This document shows, piece after piece, positions 28,528-39,600 of a stretch of DNA of 64,000 nucleotides (position 1 is its first letter; each line of letters starts with the position of its first letter). Source of the stretch: Myxococcales bacterium UBA1203 (GTDB lineage Bacteria; Myxococcota; Myxococcia; Myxococcales; UBA5297); assembly GCA_002309695.1 (NCBI GenBank), contig DBXV01000016.1:180625-244624 (forward strand), read 5' to 3'. The position numbers and the translations under genes are program-made. The notes beneath the pieces are model-generated. The model had not been told where the DNA came from. It was given only the letters and a program-made list of their open reading frames with translations, and made no database searches.

Positions 28528-29481
28528 ATGTTTTCTCTGAAATTCATCTCCGGAAAATACCAGGGGGGCGAGTTTCCCCTCACGCCCGGCAAGCAGCTCA
28601 TCATCGGCCGGTCCCCCGAATTGGAGCTGGCCCTGGTAGAGGACATGGTCAGCCGGAAGCACGCGAAGCTGACGGTGACGGACGACGGCCGCGTCTCCAT
28701 TGAAGACCTGGGGTCGTCCAACGGGACTTTCGTCAACGGCGAGCAGATTGCCCGGCCGACGCGCCTCAAGGACGGGGACCGGATTCTCATCGGCACCTCC
28801 ATCCTCAAGCTGGTCAAACTGGACGCGGCTCAGGTGCAGGCACAGCAGAGCGGGAAGGGAAGCTCGCGCCTGGCGACGCTGAAGCCGAATCTGGAGACGG
28901 TGGCCAAGGTCGCCAGCCAGCGGAAGACGCACCTGACCTCGGTGACGGGGCGCATTGAGGAGCTGGCGGTGGCCGACCTGCTTCAGCTCTTTGGCACGTC
29001 CCGCAAAAACGGCGTCCTGTGCCTCAGGCGCGACGACGGCGAGGAGGCGCGCATTTATCTGCGCCAGGGGCGCATCTATTACGCCCAGATCAGCTCTGCC
29101 CCGGGATGCGGGCCGCTGAAGAGCTTTCGGCGGATTCTGCGCTGGACGAGCGGCGATTTTGAGCTTCTGCCGCCCGATACGACGCGCTTCGACGATGAAC
29201 TGGATGAGTCCACCGACCAGCTGCTGCTGGGGGCGCATCACGAAATCGACGAGATCAACCGCATTCAGGAGAAGCTGCCGTTCACGACCAAAATTCGTCC
29301 GGTTCGCCCGCTGGAGAAGCCTTTGCGGAACCTGACGCCGCAGCTCCTGGATACCTTCCAGCTCATCTACAACCACATCGGCACGATTCAGCAGGCGCTG
29401 GATTACGCCCGCCACAGCGACTTTGAGACCGCCCAGGCCATCGTGGAGCTGATGGAGGCGGGCTATCTCCAGAGGGCCTAG
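28528..29481 (+). CDS. FHA + DUF4388 (PATAN-like) domain protein
   Basis: FHA motifs IIGRS, VSRKHA, DLGSSNGTFVNG; then GRIEELAVADLLQLF...GVLCL...IYLRQGRIYYA. Confidence 0.88.
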   Translation: MFSLKFISGKYQGGEFPLTPGKQLIIGRSPELELALVEDMVSRKHAKLTVTDDGRVSIEDLGSSNGTFVNGEQIARPTRLKDGDRILIGTSILKLVKLDAAQVQAQQSGKGSSRLATLKPNLETVAKVASQRKTHLTSVTGRIEELAVADLLQLFGTSRKNGVLCLRRDDGEEARIYLRQGRIYYAQISSAPGCGPLKSFRRILRWTSGDFELLPPDTTRFDDELDESTDQLLLGAHHEIDEINRIQEKLPFTTKIRPVRPLEKPLRNLTPQLLDTFQLIYNHIGTIQQALDYARHSDFETAQAIVELMEAGYLQRA

Positions 29482-29629
29482 ATTTTCGGCCGTGTCATTT
29501 TTGTAAGTGCCAAAAGCGCCGGTCCGGAGAGCGCGTGCTGCACAGAGCGCTGTCGGATCGGCGCGGCGTTTTTGAGGAATGCGTCTTTTGGCGCGTCCTC
29601 GATGCGCGCTTTCCGCAGGGCTTTCGCAC

Positions 29630-30439
29630 ATGAGTGATTCAGAAAAAGAGACCAGAGATCAGAGGCAGGACGCCGCGCCCCGGCTGTCGATTGTCATTCC
29701 TGTCTTCAATGAGTCGGCCATTCTCGAAACGGCTGTCCGCGGCTTTCAGGCGGCCATTGAGGAGGCGCGGCTGGATGACGGCGCGGCCTACGAGCTGATT
29801 CTGGCGGAAAATGGCTCCACGGACGGCACCGGCGGCATCGCTGACCGCCTCGCGGCCGAGGACGCGCGGATACGTGCCATTCACGTGGGCGAGCCCAACT
29901 ATGGCCGCGCGCTGAAGGAGGGCATCCTCGCCGCCCGGGGTGAATTCGTCCTCTGCGACGAAATCGACCTCTGTGACATCGACTTCCACAGCCGCGCTCT
30001 GTCGATTCTGGAGACGCGGGCCGCGGAACTGGTCGTGGGCAGCAAGGCTCTGGCGACGGCCAGCGACAAGAGGCCGCTGTTTCGGCGCGCCGGGACGCGG
30101 GTCATCAACGGGCTGCTCAGGGCGACGCTGGATTTCAAAGGGACGGACACGCATGGACTCAAGGCCTTCCGACGGGCGCCTCTGGCCGATGTGGTCGCTT
30201 CCTGCGTCGTGGAGAAGGACCTGTTCGCCAGCGAGTTTGTGATTCGCGCTGGGCGGATGGGAAGGCGGGTCACGGAGATTCCCGTCGAAGTTCACGAGAA
30301 GCGCCGGACGCCCATCAGCCTCATTCGCCGGGTGCCCAATGTGCTGCTCAATCTGGGGAAGCTCATCGTCACCATCCGCTGGAAAGAGATGCGGCAGAGG
30401 GCTGAGGGAAAGGGCGGCTCAGATCATGGCGAAGGCTGA
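29630..30439 (+). CDS. Glycosyltransferase family 2
   Basis: LSIVIPVFNE, NGSTDGT, NYGRAL, DTHGLKAFRR. Confidence 0.85.
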   Translation: MSDSEKETRDQRQDAAPRLSIVIPVFNESAILETAVRGFQAAIEEARLDDGAAYELILAENGSTDGTGGIADRLAAEDARIRAIHVGEPNYGRALKEGILAARGEFVLCDEIDLCDIDFHSRALSILETRAAELVVGSKALATASDKRPLFRRAGTRVINGLLRATLDFKGTDTHGLKAFRRAPLADVVASCVVEKDLFASEFVIRAGRMGRRVTEIPVEVHEKRRTPISLIRRVPNVLLNLGKLIVTIRWKEMRQRAEGKGGSDHGEG

Positions 30440-31418
30440 CGCTCCGGTGAGTGCCGGCGGCGGAAAGACGGCCTGCATCAACGTCGATCTGGACGCCATC
30501 CCGCACTACCTGGCGATTCACGGCCTGTCCGCCGCCGATGTTTCGGACGAGGTCAGGTGTGCCGTCTGCCGCACCGCGCTTCCCCGGTTTCTGGACCTGT
30601 TCGGCAGCCTGGGCATCCGCGCCACATTTTTCACTGTGGGCGCCGATCTGGACGACGAGGAATCCGCCGCCAATGTCCGGGCCGCTGCCGAGGCGGGGCA
30701 CGAAATCGCCAGCCACACGCAGACGCATCCCTATGCGCTGACCCGGCTGAGCTCGGACGCGCTGGCCATGGAAGTGACTGGGGCAGAGGAATCCATCCGC
30801 AGGGTCACGGGCCGCCGCCCGGTTGGCTTCAGAGCGCCTGGCTATGCCGTCACTTCCGAACTGCTGCGCCTTCTGGACAGCCGCGGCTACGCCTATGACA
30901 GCTCGGCTTTTCCCGCGGCGCCCTACTACCTCGCGAAGGCCGGCATCATGGGGGCGCTGAAACTCGCGGGGCGCCCTTCGGCAGCCATTTTGGACAGGCC
31001 GAGGGTCCTCGCCGCGCCTTTGAGACCCTACCAGCCCTATCTGTGCGAGCCCTATCAGGCCGCCTGCGGCGCTTTCGCGCTTCGCCTGCGTGAAATGCCT
31101 CTTTCGGTGGAGCCCGTGACGCGCGTTCCGCTGATTGGCACCAGCGCTCTGCTGTTTCCCGAGCGTGCGGTGCGCGCGCTGTGCCGCAGAATGGCGAAAT
31201 TGCCCTGGGTCAATCTGGAACTGCACGGCATCGATTTGCTGGACTCGAACGACATCCGGCTGCCGAAACTCTCTTCCGTGCAGAGGGAGCTGGGAATTTC
31301 TGTGAAGGAAAAGACGCGCAGGCTGCGGGATGTGTTTTCTCTCTTCCGCGGCGCGGCAGAGGTTCTGACGCTGGAAGACACTGCGCGGCGCATGGAGCCC
31401 GGCGGACAGTCCCCTTGA
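30426..31418 (+). CDS. Polysaccharide deacetylase (CE4)
   Basis: INVDLD, RATFF, GHEIASHTQTH, GFRAPGY, YDSS. Confidence 0.85.
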   Translation: MAKADAPVSAGGGKTACINVDLDAIPHYLAIHGLSAADVSDEVRCAVCRTALPRFLDLFGSLGIRATFFTVGADLDDEESAANVRAAAEAGHEIASHTQTHPYALTRLSSDALAMEVTGAEESIRRVTGRRPVGFRAPGYAVTSELLRLLDSRGYAYDSSAFPAAPYYLAKAGIMGALKLAGRPSAAILDRPRVLAAPLRPYQPYLCEPYQAACGAFALRLREMPLSVEPVTRVPLIGTSALLFPERAVRALCRRMAKLPWVNLELHGIDLLDSNDIRLPKLSSVQRELGISVKEKTRRLRDVFSLFRGAAEVLTLEDTARRMEPGGQSP

Positions 31419-31563
31419 ACGGCAGAAGGCCCCGGTCTAAGGGGCCGCGCTTTTTTGGAGAGGCTCCGCTCATTGGTGCGGGGCCTCTTTTTCTTGTCTG
31501 GAACAAAAACATCGGCCCGGCATTCCGCCCGGGACCGGCACTTGACGACAGGTGACGAAGACA

Positions 31564-33567
31564 ATGGCGACAGATTCTCAGGCTCCCGGAGGCCGCAGAA
31601 AGCCTTTCCCCAAGACCTTTGGCGACGTGATGAAAAACATTCCCTCGGGGCAGGGCAGCGACAAGGGGAAGCGCCGCGCCGATGACGCGGGGGAGGACAG
31701 CGCCGCGGAAAAGCATCGCCGCGAGACGCGCGGCGACGGCGGCCAGAAGCGCGTGGGACCTGTGATTATCCGCAAGCCGTCGCTGCAGCTGGGCAGGACC
31801 GCTTCATCGGGCGCATCCGCTGCTTCGGCCTCTCCGGAGACGATTTCAGGAACGGCCTTCTCTGCGCCGTCAGGTGATGTTCAGGCCGCGGCGGACAGTC
31901 ATGCGGACGCTTCTTCGCAGAGTGCGGAGACAGGGCACCGCGCGGCGGTTTCATCCTCTGCCGACCGCCGTTCGCCGCGCCGCGACAAACGCGCGCCGTC
32001 TGACCGGCGTTCCGGCGGAAACGCGCAGTTCCGCCCCATGGCGATGCCCACGCAGGACGAGATCGACAGGCGCCTCGCCTCCATGCCTCCTGCTGAGGAT
32101 GAGGATTTCGCGGCCCTTTTCGCGGCTTCCGGTGCCGATGGTCAGAGCGTCCGCCGCTTCGAGGTGGGCGAGAAGGTCAGCGGCCAGATTGTGCAGATGA
32201 CCGGCGAGCGCGCGTTCCTCGATTTGGGCGGCAAGGGCGAGGGCATGATCGAGCTGAGCGAGCTCAAGGATAAGGACGGGAACGTGACCCATGCCGTGGG
32301 CGACACCGTGGAGGCCTATGTGCTGAAGACGGGCGGCGGCATCGTCCTGACCCGCGCCATCCCCAAGGGCGCGCAGCGCGATTTCATCCTTCAGGCAAAG
32401 GAGAGCGGCATTCCCGTGGAGGGCACGGTGACGGCCGTCAACAAGGGCGGCTTCGAGATTGATTTGGGCAGCGGCATGCGGGCTTTCTGCCCCGTTTCGC
32501 AGATTGACGACCGCTATGTCGAAGACCCGACGGCCTTTGTCGGCCAGCGGCTCGCCTTCCGCGTTTCCGAGGTCAAAGAGCGGGACATCGTTCTCTCGCG
32601 CAGGGCGCTTCTGGCTGAGGAGAAGGCCGCGCGCGCGGCAGCTCTGCGGGACAGCATCGTTCCCGGCGCCTGCATGGACGGCGTGGTCACCAGTGTCCGC
32701 GATTTTGGTGCCTTCGTGGATCTGGGCGGCATCGAGGGCCTGGTGCATGTCAGCGAGCTGTCCTTCGGCCGCGTGGCCAGTGCCGCGGATGTCCTGTCCG
32801 TTGGTCAGAAGGTTCGGGTCGAGGTGCTGCGCGTTGAGCCGCCCAAGGCGGGCGACAAGGGCAGCGGGCGCATCTCTCTGTCCATGAAGTCCCTGATGGA
32901 CGATCCGTGGGAGACCGCTGCCGCCGCCATGTCCGAAGGGGACCGCGTGCAGGGCAAGGTTGTGCGCCTCCAGCCCTTCGGCGCTTTCGTGGAGCTCGCC
33001 CCCGGCGTGGATGGCCTGATTCACATTTCGGCGCTGGGGGCTGACCGCCGCATCGCTCATCCGAAAGAGGTCGTCTCTGAAGGCGAGACGGTGGACTGCA
33101 TCATCGAGGACATCGACCGGGAGGCGCGGCGCATCGCGCTGAGGCGCCTGACCGGCGATGAAAATCCGGATGTGTCTCCTGCGGCGGGCGGAGCTGAGGA
33201 AGCTGACAGCGCATCAACCGCTGCTGACGCGGTTTCTCTGGCGGTGGGCGACAGCGTGGACGTGACCGTGGACAAGGTGGAGCCGTTTGGCCTGTTCGTG
33301 ACGTTCCAGGGCGGCCGCGGGCTTATTCCCGCCGCGGAGACGGGGACGCCGCGCGGCACTGACCTGCGCAAGGCTTTCCCTGTGGGGACGACCTTCCGCG
33401 CCGAGCTCTTGGAGCGGGATGGCCAGGGACGGCTCCGGCTGTCCAAGACGGCTGCTGAAAAGTCCGAGGAGCGCAGGGAAGTGGAGCGCTATCTGAAGGC
33501 TGAAAACGCCTCTGCCAAAAAGGGCTTCGGCACCTTCGCGGACCTCTTCGGAAAGCTGAAGAAGTAG
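31564..33567 (+). CDS. Multi-S1-domain RNA-binding protein (RpsA-like) with disordered N-terminal extension
   Basis: Five S1 repeats (RAFLDLG, RAFCPVSQI, FGAFVDLGGIEGLVHVSEL, FGAFVEL..DGLIHIS, FGLFV). Confidence 0.85.
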   Translation: MATDSQAPGGRRKPFPKTFGDVMKNIPSGQGSDKGKRRADDAGEDSAAEKHRRETRGDGGQKRVGPVIIRKPSLQLGRTASSGASAASASPETISGTAFSAPSGDVQAAADSHADASSQSAETGHRAAVSSSADRRSPRRDKRAPSDRRSGGNAQFRPMAMPTQDEIDRRLASMPPAEDEDFAALFAASGADGQSVRRFEVGEKVSGQIVQMTGERAFLDLGGKGEGMIELSELKDKDGNVTHAVGDTVEAYVLKTGGGIVLTRAIPKGAQRDFILQAKESGIPVEGTVTAVNKGGFEIDLGSGMRAFCPVSQIDDRYVEDPTAFVGQRLAFRVSEVKERDIVLSRRALLAEEKAARAAALRDSIVPGACMDGVVTSVRDFGAFVDLGGIEGLVHVSELSFGRVASAADVLSVGQKVRVEVLRVEPPKAGDKGSGRISLSMKSLMDDPWETAAAAMSEGDRVQGKVVRLQPFGAFVELAPGVDGLIHISALGADRRIAHPKEVVSEGETVDCIIEDIDREARRIALRRLTGDENPDVSPAAGGAEEADSASTAADAVSLAVGDSVDVTVDKVEPFGLFVTFQGGRGLIPAAETGTPRGTDLRKAFPVGTTFRAELLERDGQGRLRLSKTAAEKSEERREVERYLKAENASAKKGFGTFADLFGKLKK

Positions 33568-33643
33568 TCTGTCTCAGCCCATTTCCAGGTCTTCCGGAGT
33601 CTTTCGGCGGACTTTTTTCGCGGCGTCCCTCTCAACAAAATGC

Positions 33644-33672
33644 TTGACACAAAAAGCGAAAAAGTTTAGAGG
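33644..33672 (+). promoter_or_regulatory. tRNA promoter TTGACA-N17-TAGAGG
   Basis: Perfect -35, 17-nt spacer, GC-rich discriminator, 14 nt upstream of the tRNA. Confidence 0.7.
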
Positions 33673-33686
33673 GCCCGCCGTTTTTT

Positions 33687-33757
33687 GGCGCCGTCGCCAA
33701 GTGGTAAGGCAAGGGTCTGCAAAATCCTCACCCCCGGTTCAAATCCGGGCGGCGCCT
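33687..33757 (+). tRNA. tRNA-Cys (GCA); CCA not encoded
   Basis: GGCGCCG acceptor stem, anticodon loop CTGCAAA, T-loop GTTCAAATC, U discriminator. Confidence 0.95.
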
Positions 33758-33777
33758 CTGAAAATCGAAGTTTTGGA

Positions 33778-33812
33778 AACCGGCTCTCTGACGATGGAGA
33801 GCCGGTTTTTTT
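33778..33812. terminator. Intrinsic terminator after tRNA-Cys
   Basis: AACCGGCTCTC...GAGAGCCGGTTTTTTT. Confidence 0.75.
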
Positions 33813-33862
33813 GTGCCCGAACACCGTCCCGCGTTGTGCAGAGCGGAAGTTCGCTTCGATTC

Positions 33863-34624
33863 CTAGCGCCGCAGCAAAACGTAAACGGCTCCGGTGCCGC
33901 CGTCGCACGGCAGGGCAGTGCAGAAGGCCAGGACCGCGCGGCCGATGGCGCCCTGACAGAGCCAGACCCGCAGGCTCTCCTTCAAAACGGGAATGTGGTC
34001 TTTGGAATTGAGACCCTTGCCGTGGACGATGAGGACGCAGCGCCTGCCGAGCCGCCTGCTTTCGCTCAGAAAAGCCTCGACTCTGGGCTTGGCCTCCGCC
34101 CTGGACAGTCCGTGCAGATCGACATTGGCCTGCACCGAATAAGCGCCGCTTTTCAGGGCCTTCACCAGCCGCTCGTCCACGCCCGCGGCGCGCCCTTCGA
34201 TAAATTCTTCGGTGCAGGACATGTCGAAGGGTCCTTCACCGGCGACGAGCTCATAGAGGTGCGCCAGCGCTTCCGCTTCCTCAGAGACGATTTTGGCGGG
34301 CCTGGGCGGCGGCGGCGGTGCGTGTCCCCGGATGTCCTTTTCCAGCGGCTGGACGCCGGTCATGGCGGCCTCAAACAGCTGCTGATCGGAGAGACCTGAC
34401 TCAAAGCGAAGGGCACCGGCCGAAGCCTGCCGTTTTCTTGCGGCCTCAGCTTCCTCAGCTCGCCTGGCCGCTTCCGCAGCCTGCTTCTGCCGCTCTTCCT
34501 CGGCTTTCATCCGGGCCTTGAGTGAGAGCGCTGCATCTTTCAGCGCCAGATTGAACGGCTGCTCTTTCTGCGGCCTGCGCGCGCTTTCTCCGGCCGTCTC
34601 CTGCCGTTTGGTCTTTCGGCCCAT
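33863..34624 (-). CDS. Smr domain protein (SmrA/SmrB-like)
   Basis: LFEAAMTGVQPL, VDLHGL, VLIVHGKGLNS, DGGTGAVYVLL. Confidence 0.9.
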   Translation of the reverse strand: MGRKTKRQETAGESARRPQKEQPFNLALKDAALSLKARMKAEEERQKQAAEAARRAEEAEAARKRQASAGALRFESGLSDQQLFEAAMTGVQPLEKDIRGHAPPPPPRPAKIVSEEAEALAHLYELVAGEGPFDMSCTEEFIEGRAAGVDERLVKALKSGAYSVQANVDLHGLSRAEAKPRVEAFLSESRRLGRRCVLIVHGKGLNSKDHIPVLKESLRVWLCQGAIGRAVLAFCTALPCDGGTGAVYVLLRR

Positions 34625-34642
34625 ATTCAACTCCTTTCGCCA

Positions 34643-35494
34643 TCAATCGTCTGACGTTGAAGACGATGAAGCGGTTGACGTGAGTGACGCGGCGTTTGTC
34701 CCGCTCCCGGCAGCGCTCTCTGGCTCCGCCGCTTCAATCACCGTGAGAACGCCGTCCTGAACTTTGAAGCGGATGTCCATTCCCCTGAACGGAAAGCCGT
34801 AGAGCCTGTCGGCGCAATGCTGACACCGGGGACGGGGGTCCAGCGCGAGCACCGCTTTCAGTGCGTCCAGGTCCGCGTCGGTGAAGGCGCTCTCCTGCCG
34901 CAGCTGAACAACGGCGCTTTCTGAAAAATTCACTTCGAGAGCGGGCCAGTCCGTTTGGTCCACGAAGCCGTTGCCCGCGCCCGGACGGCTGTCCGCGTAT
35001 TCGAGGTAGGGCTTGATGTCATAGACGGGCGTGCCGTCCATGAGGTCCGCGCCGAGAACGTGGAGAATGAGGGCTTCCCGGTCGATGCGCTCCAGCTCGA
35101 CGGCAGAGAGCCCAAGTCCATTGGGACGAAAGGGCGACCTGGTGGCGAACACACCCATGCCGGCGTTCCCGCCCAGGCGCGGCGGACGCACCGTGGGGCT
35201 CCAGTGCTTCTGCGTCTGCTGTGTTTCGCTTTCGGCGGCGCCGCGCCGGGCATTTCCGGAAAAGCCCCAGATCAGCCAGAGGAAGCGGAAGCCATCCAGG
35301 CCCTTCAGAGCAGCGGGGATGCGGTAGCCGGGCAGAAAATGGAGCTCTCCCCGCAGGTTTTTGACGAGGCCGCTCTGACGCGGAACGCCGAATTTGCTCC
35401 CGAAAGGCGAGCGAAAGACGGCGATGGGCTCGATGGTGATGGGCTGCATGCGTGATGCGCTCCCCGGCGCCGCAGTGCCTCCGTTCATCGGCAT
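34643..35494 (-). CDS. tsaA: tRNA t6A37 N6-methyltransferase TrmO/TsaA
   Basis: KFGVPRQSG, TVRPPRLGGN, GVFATRSPFRPNGLGLS, DGTPVYDIKPY, DPRP; start at 35494 or 35449. Confidence 0.9.
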   Translation of the reverse strand: MPMNGGTAAPGSASRMQPITIEPIAVFRSPFGSKFGVPRQSGLVKNLRGELHFLPGYRIPAALKGLDGFRFLWLIWGFSGNARRGAAESETQQTQKHWSPTVRPPRLGGNAGMGVFATRSPFRPNGLGLSAVELERIDREALILHVLGADLMDGTPVYDIKPYLEYADSRPGAGNGFVDQTDWPALEVNFSESAVVQLRQESAFTDADLDALKAVLALDPRPRCQHCADRLYGFPFRGMDIRFKVQDGVLTVIEAAEPESAAGSGTNAASLTSTASSSSTSDD

Positions 35495-35504
35495 GACAGA
35501 AGCC

Positions 35505-36479
35505 TCACGAATCGCTGCCGGCGTCTTCGCCGCGGGAAGGCTCTTCTTCCGACTCGCGAAAATCTCTGAGTCTGGACGTGCGGGAGGGATGCCTGAGCCG
35601 ATGGAGCGCCGCGGCTTCAATCTGGCGGATGCGCTCCCGGGAAACGCCCTTGGTCTGCGCGATGGCTTCCAGCGTTTCTTCCTGAATGAAGCGCCGCACG
35701 AGAATCTCAATTTCCAGAGGTTTCAGCTCGTCGATGAGCGACGAGATGAGCTCGCGGAGTTCCCGCCTGCTGAAGTCGTCATCCGGTCCAGGAGCACTCG
35801 CGTCTTCCAGAGACAGGCAGAGAAAATCCTTCTCCACCTCTTCCTGCTCCGCGTCGCGCATGGCGGGGGGCATCGAGGCTTCCGCACCCTGCGGATCGAG
35901 AATGCTCAGCAGGAGATGGCGGGCGTTTTTGACGTCCTCCAGCGGGCATTCCAGCTTTTGCGCGATTTCCTCCAGCGTCGGTTCCCGCCCGAGCTCCTGA
36001 AGCAAAACGCCGCTGCAGTTGATGAAGCGCCGGACGGTTTCTCGGCGATGGAGGGGCAGCCGGATGGTGCTGTCCATGTCGGCAATGGCCCGCGTGATAC
36101 TCTGACGAATCCACCAGGCAGCGTAGGCGCTGAGCTTCGCTCCGCGGCTCGGGTCATAGCGGTCCACCGCTTTTAAGAGGCCGATGACGCCTTCCTGAAA
36201 CAGGTCGTTGAAGTGCAGATGGCGGTTCCTTCGACAGAACCTCTTGGCGATGGACACGACCAGACTCAGATGCCCCAGCACGAGCTTCTGGCGGTTCAGT
36301 TCCGACGCATCCATCGGCGGCACGCCCTCCTCATCGGCAGCGAGTGAGAGAAAATCGGGAAGCAGCTTTTCCTCGCCGTCCATCGCCAGATTCATCGCTG
36401 CCGGCGCCTTTTTGCGCGAATGAGATTCGCCGTTTCCCTCTTTCTGACGGGCATCTCCCTTCTCGTCCCTGCTCTCCAT
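35505..36479 (-). CDS. RpoD-like sigma-70 paralog lacking region 1.1
   Basis: [65 protein letters not shown]. Confidence 0.85.
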   Translation of the reverse strand: MESRDEKGDARQKEGNGESHSRKKAPAAMNLAMDGEEKLLPDFLSLAADEEGVPPMDASELNRQKLVLGHLSLVVSIAKRFCRRNRHLHFNDLFQEGVIGLLKAVDRYDPSRGAKLSAYAAWWIRQSITRAIADMDSTIRLPLHRRETVRRFINCSGVLLQELGREPTLEEIAQKLECPLEDVKNARHLLLSILDPQGAEASMPPAMRDAEQEEVEKDFLCLSLEDASAPGPDDDFSRRELRELISSLIDELKPLEIEILVRRFIQEETLEAIAQTKGVSRERIRQIEAAALHRLRHPSRTSRLRDFRESEEEPSRGEDAGSDS

Positions 36480-36605
36480 GTCCGGAGTCCTTTCTCTTTC
36501 CGCAGTGCCGCGAAAAAAATGAAGCCGGCGCTTTTAGGTGTGCCGGGGGAGGCAGACAAGGCGCGCGGGCAGGAGGGAAGGGGAGAGTTCGTCAGAGAGC
36601 CGGCA

Positions 36606-36648
36606 TAAAAAAATCCCCGGGCCATCTGTGAGAGACGGCACCGGGGAT
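36606..36648 (-). terminator. rpoD terminator
   Basis: ATCCCCGG...CCGGGGAT hairpin with T-run on the minus strand. Confidence 0.6.
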
Positions 36649-36668
36649 GACGGCAGCAGGCAGTGAGG

Positions 36669-39600
36669 TCAGGACCCGCCGCCGCCGTAAAAGTCCTTCA
36701 GCTTTTTGCTGCGCGACGGGTGACGGAGCTTCCTCAGCGCCTTGGCTTCAATCTGCCGGATGCGCTCGCGCGTGACTTCAAAGTCCTGGCCGACTTCTTC
36801 CAGCGTGTGGTCGCTCTTTTCGCCGATGCCGAAGCGCATCCTCAGCACCTTCTCCTCGCGCGGGGTCAGCGTCGCCAGCACCTTGCGGGTCTGTTCCGCC
36901 AAATTCATGTTGATGACCGCATCCGCGGGGCTGACCACGGCCTTGTCCTCGATGAAATCTCCAAGATGGCTGTCTTCTTCCTCGCCGATGGGCGTCTCCA
37001 GCGACACCGGCTCCTTGGAAATTTTGAGGACCTTCCGGACCTTATCGATGGGCATTTCCATCTTGGCCGCGATTTCTTCCGGCGTCGGCTCGCGCCCGTA
37101 TTCCTGAAGCAGGAGCCTGTTGGTCCGAATGATTTTGTTGATGGTCTCAATCATGTGGACGGGGATGCGGATGGTGCGTGCCTGATCGGCAATGGCCCGG
37201 GTGATGGCCTGGCGAATCCACCACGTCGCATACGTGCTGAACTTGTAGCCACGCTCCCATTCAAATTTGTCCACGGCCTTCATCAGGCCGATGTTCCCTT
37301 CCTGAATCAGGTCGAGGAACTGGAGACCGCGCCGCGTATATTTTTTCGCGATGGAGACCACGAGCCTCAGGTTGGCGTTCACCAGCTCGGACTTTGCCCA
37401 CTCAGTGTGGCGCTCGCCCTCGAGAATCTCCTCGTAGCTTTTCTGCAGCTGGTCTCTCCGCAGGCCTGTTTCCGACTGGACGCGCTTGATGGTCTTGTCC
37501 GCGCTGCGCACCTCGCGTTCGATGTCCTGAAACTGGTTCAGCGTGATGCCGTGCTTGTTGCAGAAGGCCTGGATGCGCTGCTCGTTCTGGCCCAGTTCGC
37601 GAAGCGTCCGTTTGTAGTCGTAGAGGTTCATGTTCAGCAGGGACAGGCAGGCTTTCCGCATCTTTTCCGCCTTATCCAGGCTTTCGATCTGCTGCTTGAG
37701 CACCTGGCCGACGTGCTCAATCTGGCGCGGCGAGATGCGCATCTTCTCCAGGAGGTCCATCATCTCCTCTTTGACCTCGGAGAGACGCTGCTGGTCCTTC
37801 TCTTTGAGCTTCCCGCTCGGGCTCTTGGCGACAATCTGCCGGCAGACGGCGTCGCGCTCCCTGAACTGGGCGAGAATCTCCAGAATTTTCTCCGCCCTCG
37901 CGCTCTCGTTCTCATTGGAGATGGACATCATGGCGTCATCGGAGGGCGTCTGCTCATCGGGCGCGTCCTTAATGATGTCGCGCAGGCGCACGGTCCCCTG
38001 CTTGAGCCCTTCTTCGAGAGCGAGAATTTCGCGGATGGCCACAGGTGAACCCAGAAGCGCCTTGAGAATTTCGCGCTCGCCCTCCTCGATTTTCTTGGCG
38101 ATGGCGACCTCACCGTCGCGGTCCAGAAGCGGAATGCTTCCCATCTTCCGCAGATAGACGCGCACCGGGTCCGAAGACGTGACGCGGGGCTCGTAGTCCT
38201 CATCCTCCTTGTCCTCTTCGTCGGACTTGGGCTCCTCGATGACAGTGGGCTGCTGCTGGTCCTTCTTGTTGGCATCGATGACCTTGATGTTCTCCTCACT
38301 GAGGATCGTCAGGACCTCTTCGATGCGCTCGGTCTCCACGATGTCCTGCGGCAGGCCGTCGTTGATTTCCTCGTAGGTGAGAAATCCCTTCTGACTGCCA
38401 ATGGCGATGAGGACCTTGACCTCTTTGCGGTTGCGAAGCTCCGAACCGCCCTCGTCCATGTCCCCATCTTCGCCGGACATGTCCTCCGGGTCGCTTTCCT
38501 CTTCGCCCAGGTCGCCGAAGGAATTTTCTTCGGCATTGCCGAATTCGTCGTCGGCGTCGGTGTGATGGCGCTTGGTGACGTCAGCTTCAAACTCGGTGCC
38601 TTCCAGACCGTCGCCGCCGTCAACGTCGTCGTCCATCGGCGGGATGTCCTCCATGCCCGTCACATCGATGGAGTCGCCGCTGCCGCCCTTCTCAGCCTCG
38701 TTCGCTTCGTTTTCGATTTTGTCGAGTTCGGCTGCGCTGGCGTCATCAGGCTCGAGGTCCTCTTCGTCCTCGTCGTCGAACTCATCTGTTTCGTCGAATT
38801 CATCCCGCTCTTCGTCGTCCTCATCGAAGTCCTCGACGGTCGGCAGAGCTTTTGGGGACTTTTTGTTTTCAGCGGCCGTCGTGACGGTCTTGCCCTTGCC
38901 GGACGCCGATTTTCCTGCCGCGGGGGCACTTTTTGCCGAAGACGTGGCTGCTGCTGCTTTGTCTGTCTTTGAGGACTTGACGTTTTTGACGGCCTTGGCG
39001 GCTTTGACATTTTTGGAAGTCTTTGCCGCTTCGGCGCTTTTCTTCGTTTCAGCCTTTTTGGACGCCTTTGCCGCCGCTGCTTTCGCGGCCGCGGGCTTCT
39101 TCTCAGGCTTGGACTTGGAGGCAGCCTTGGCCTCCTGATTCTTCTTTGAAGCTGCTGCCTTTGCCGCTGCTGCCTTTGTCTTTGCGGTGCCCTTGACGGC
39201 CGGCGCGACTTTGCCTGCCGCAGCCGCCCCGGAAGCCTTCACCGCCTTTTTCTGGGATGAGGCCTTGTCCTTTGCCGCTTTGTCCTTTTTGACCGCGGGC
39301 ACGCTCTTCAGAGACGCCGCGCTCTTTTTCTTCTCGTCCTTTTTCGTTTTTGCCGCGGCCTCATTGGCTGATTTGCCTGTTTTGGCGGCCGTTTTTGTCT
39401 TGGCCGCGGCGGGCTTGGCTTCGGCCTTTGATGACTTGATGGCCTTGGACGGCTTCGTGGACTTGGATGACTTTTCCGCAGCCTTGGGCGTGGCAGATTT
39501 TGAAGTTTTCACGCTTTTGGCGGCCTTTGCCTTCTCTGCCGCGTTTTTTGCCGCGGCCTTCTTTGCATTCCCCGAATCCGCGTTTTTGCCGGCCGCTTTA

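Noticed and set aside
28432-29631. 399-aa minus-strand ORF
   Set aside because: Antisense to the clearly recognisable FHA-DUF4388 gene
31564-33567. Assigning the symbol rpsA
   Set aside because: Long atypical N-terminus and only five clear S1 repeats; it may be a paralog rather than ribosomal S1
36663-38048. 461-aa plus-strand ORF
   Set aside because: Typical antisense shadow of conserved rpoD
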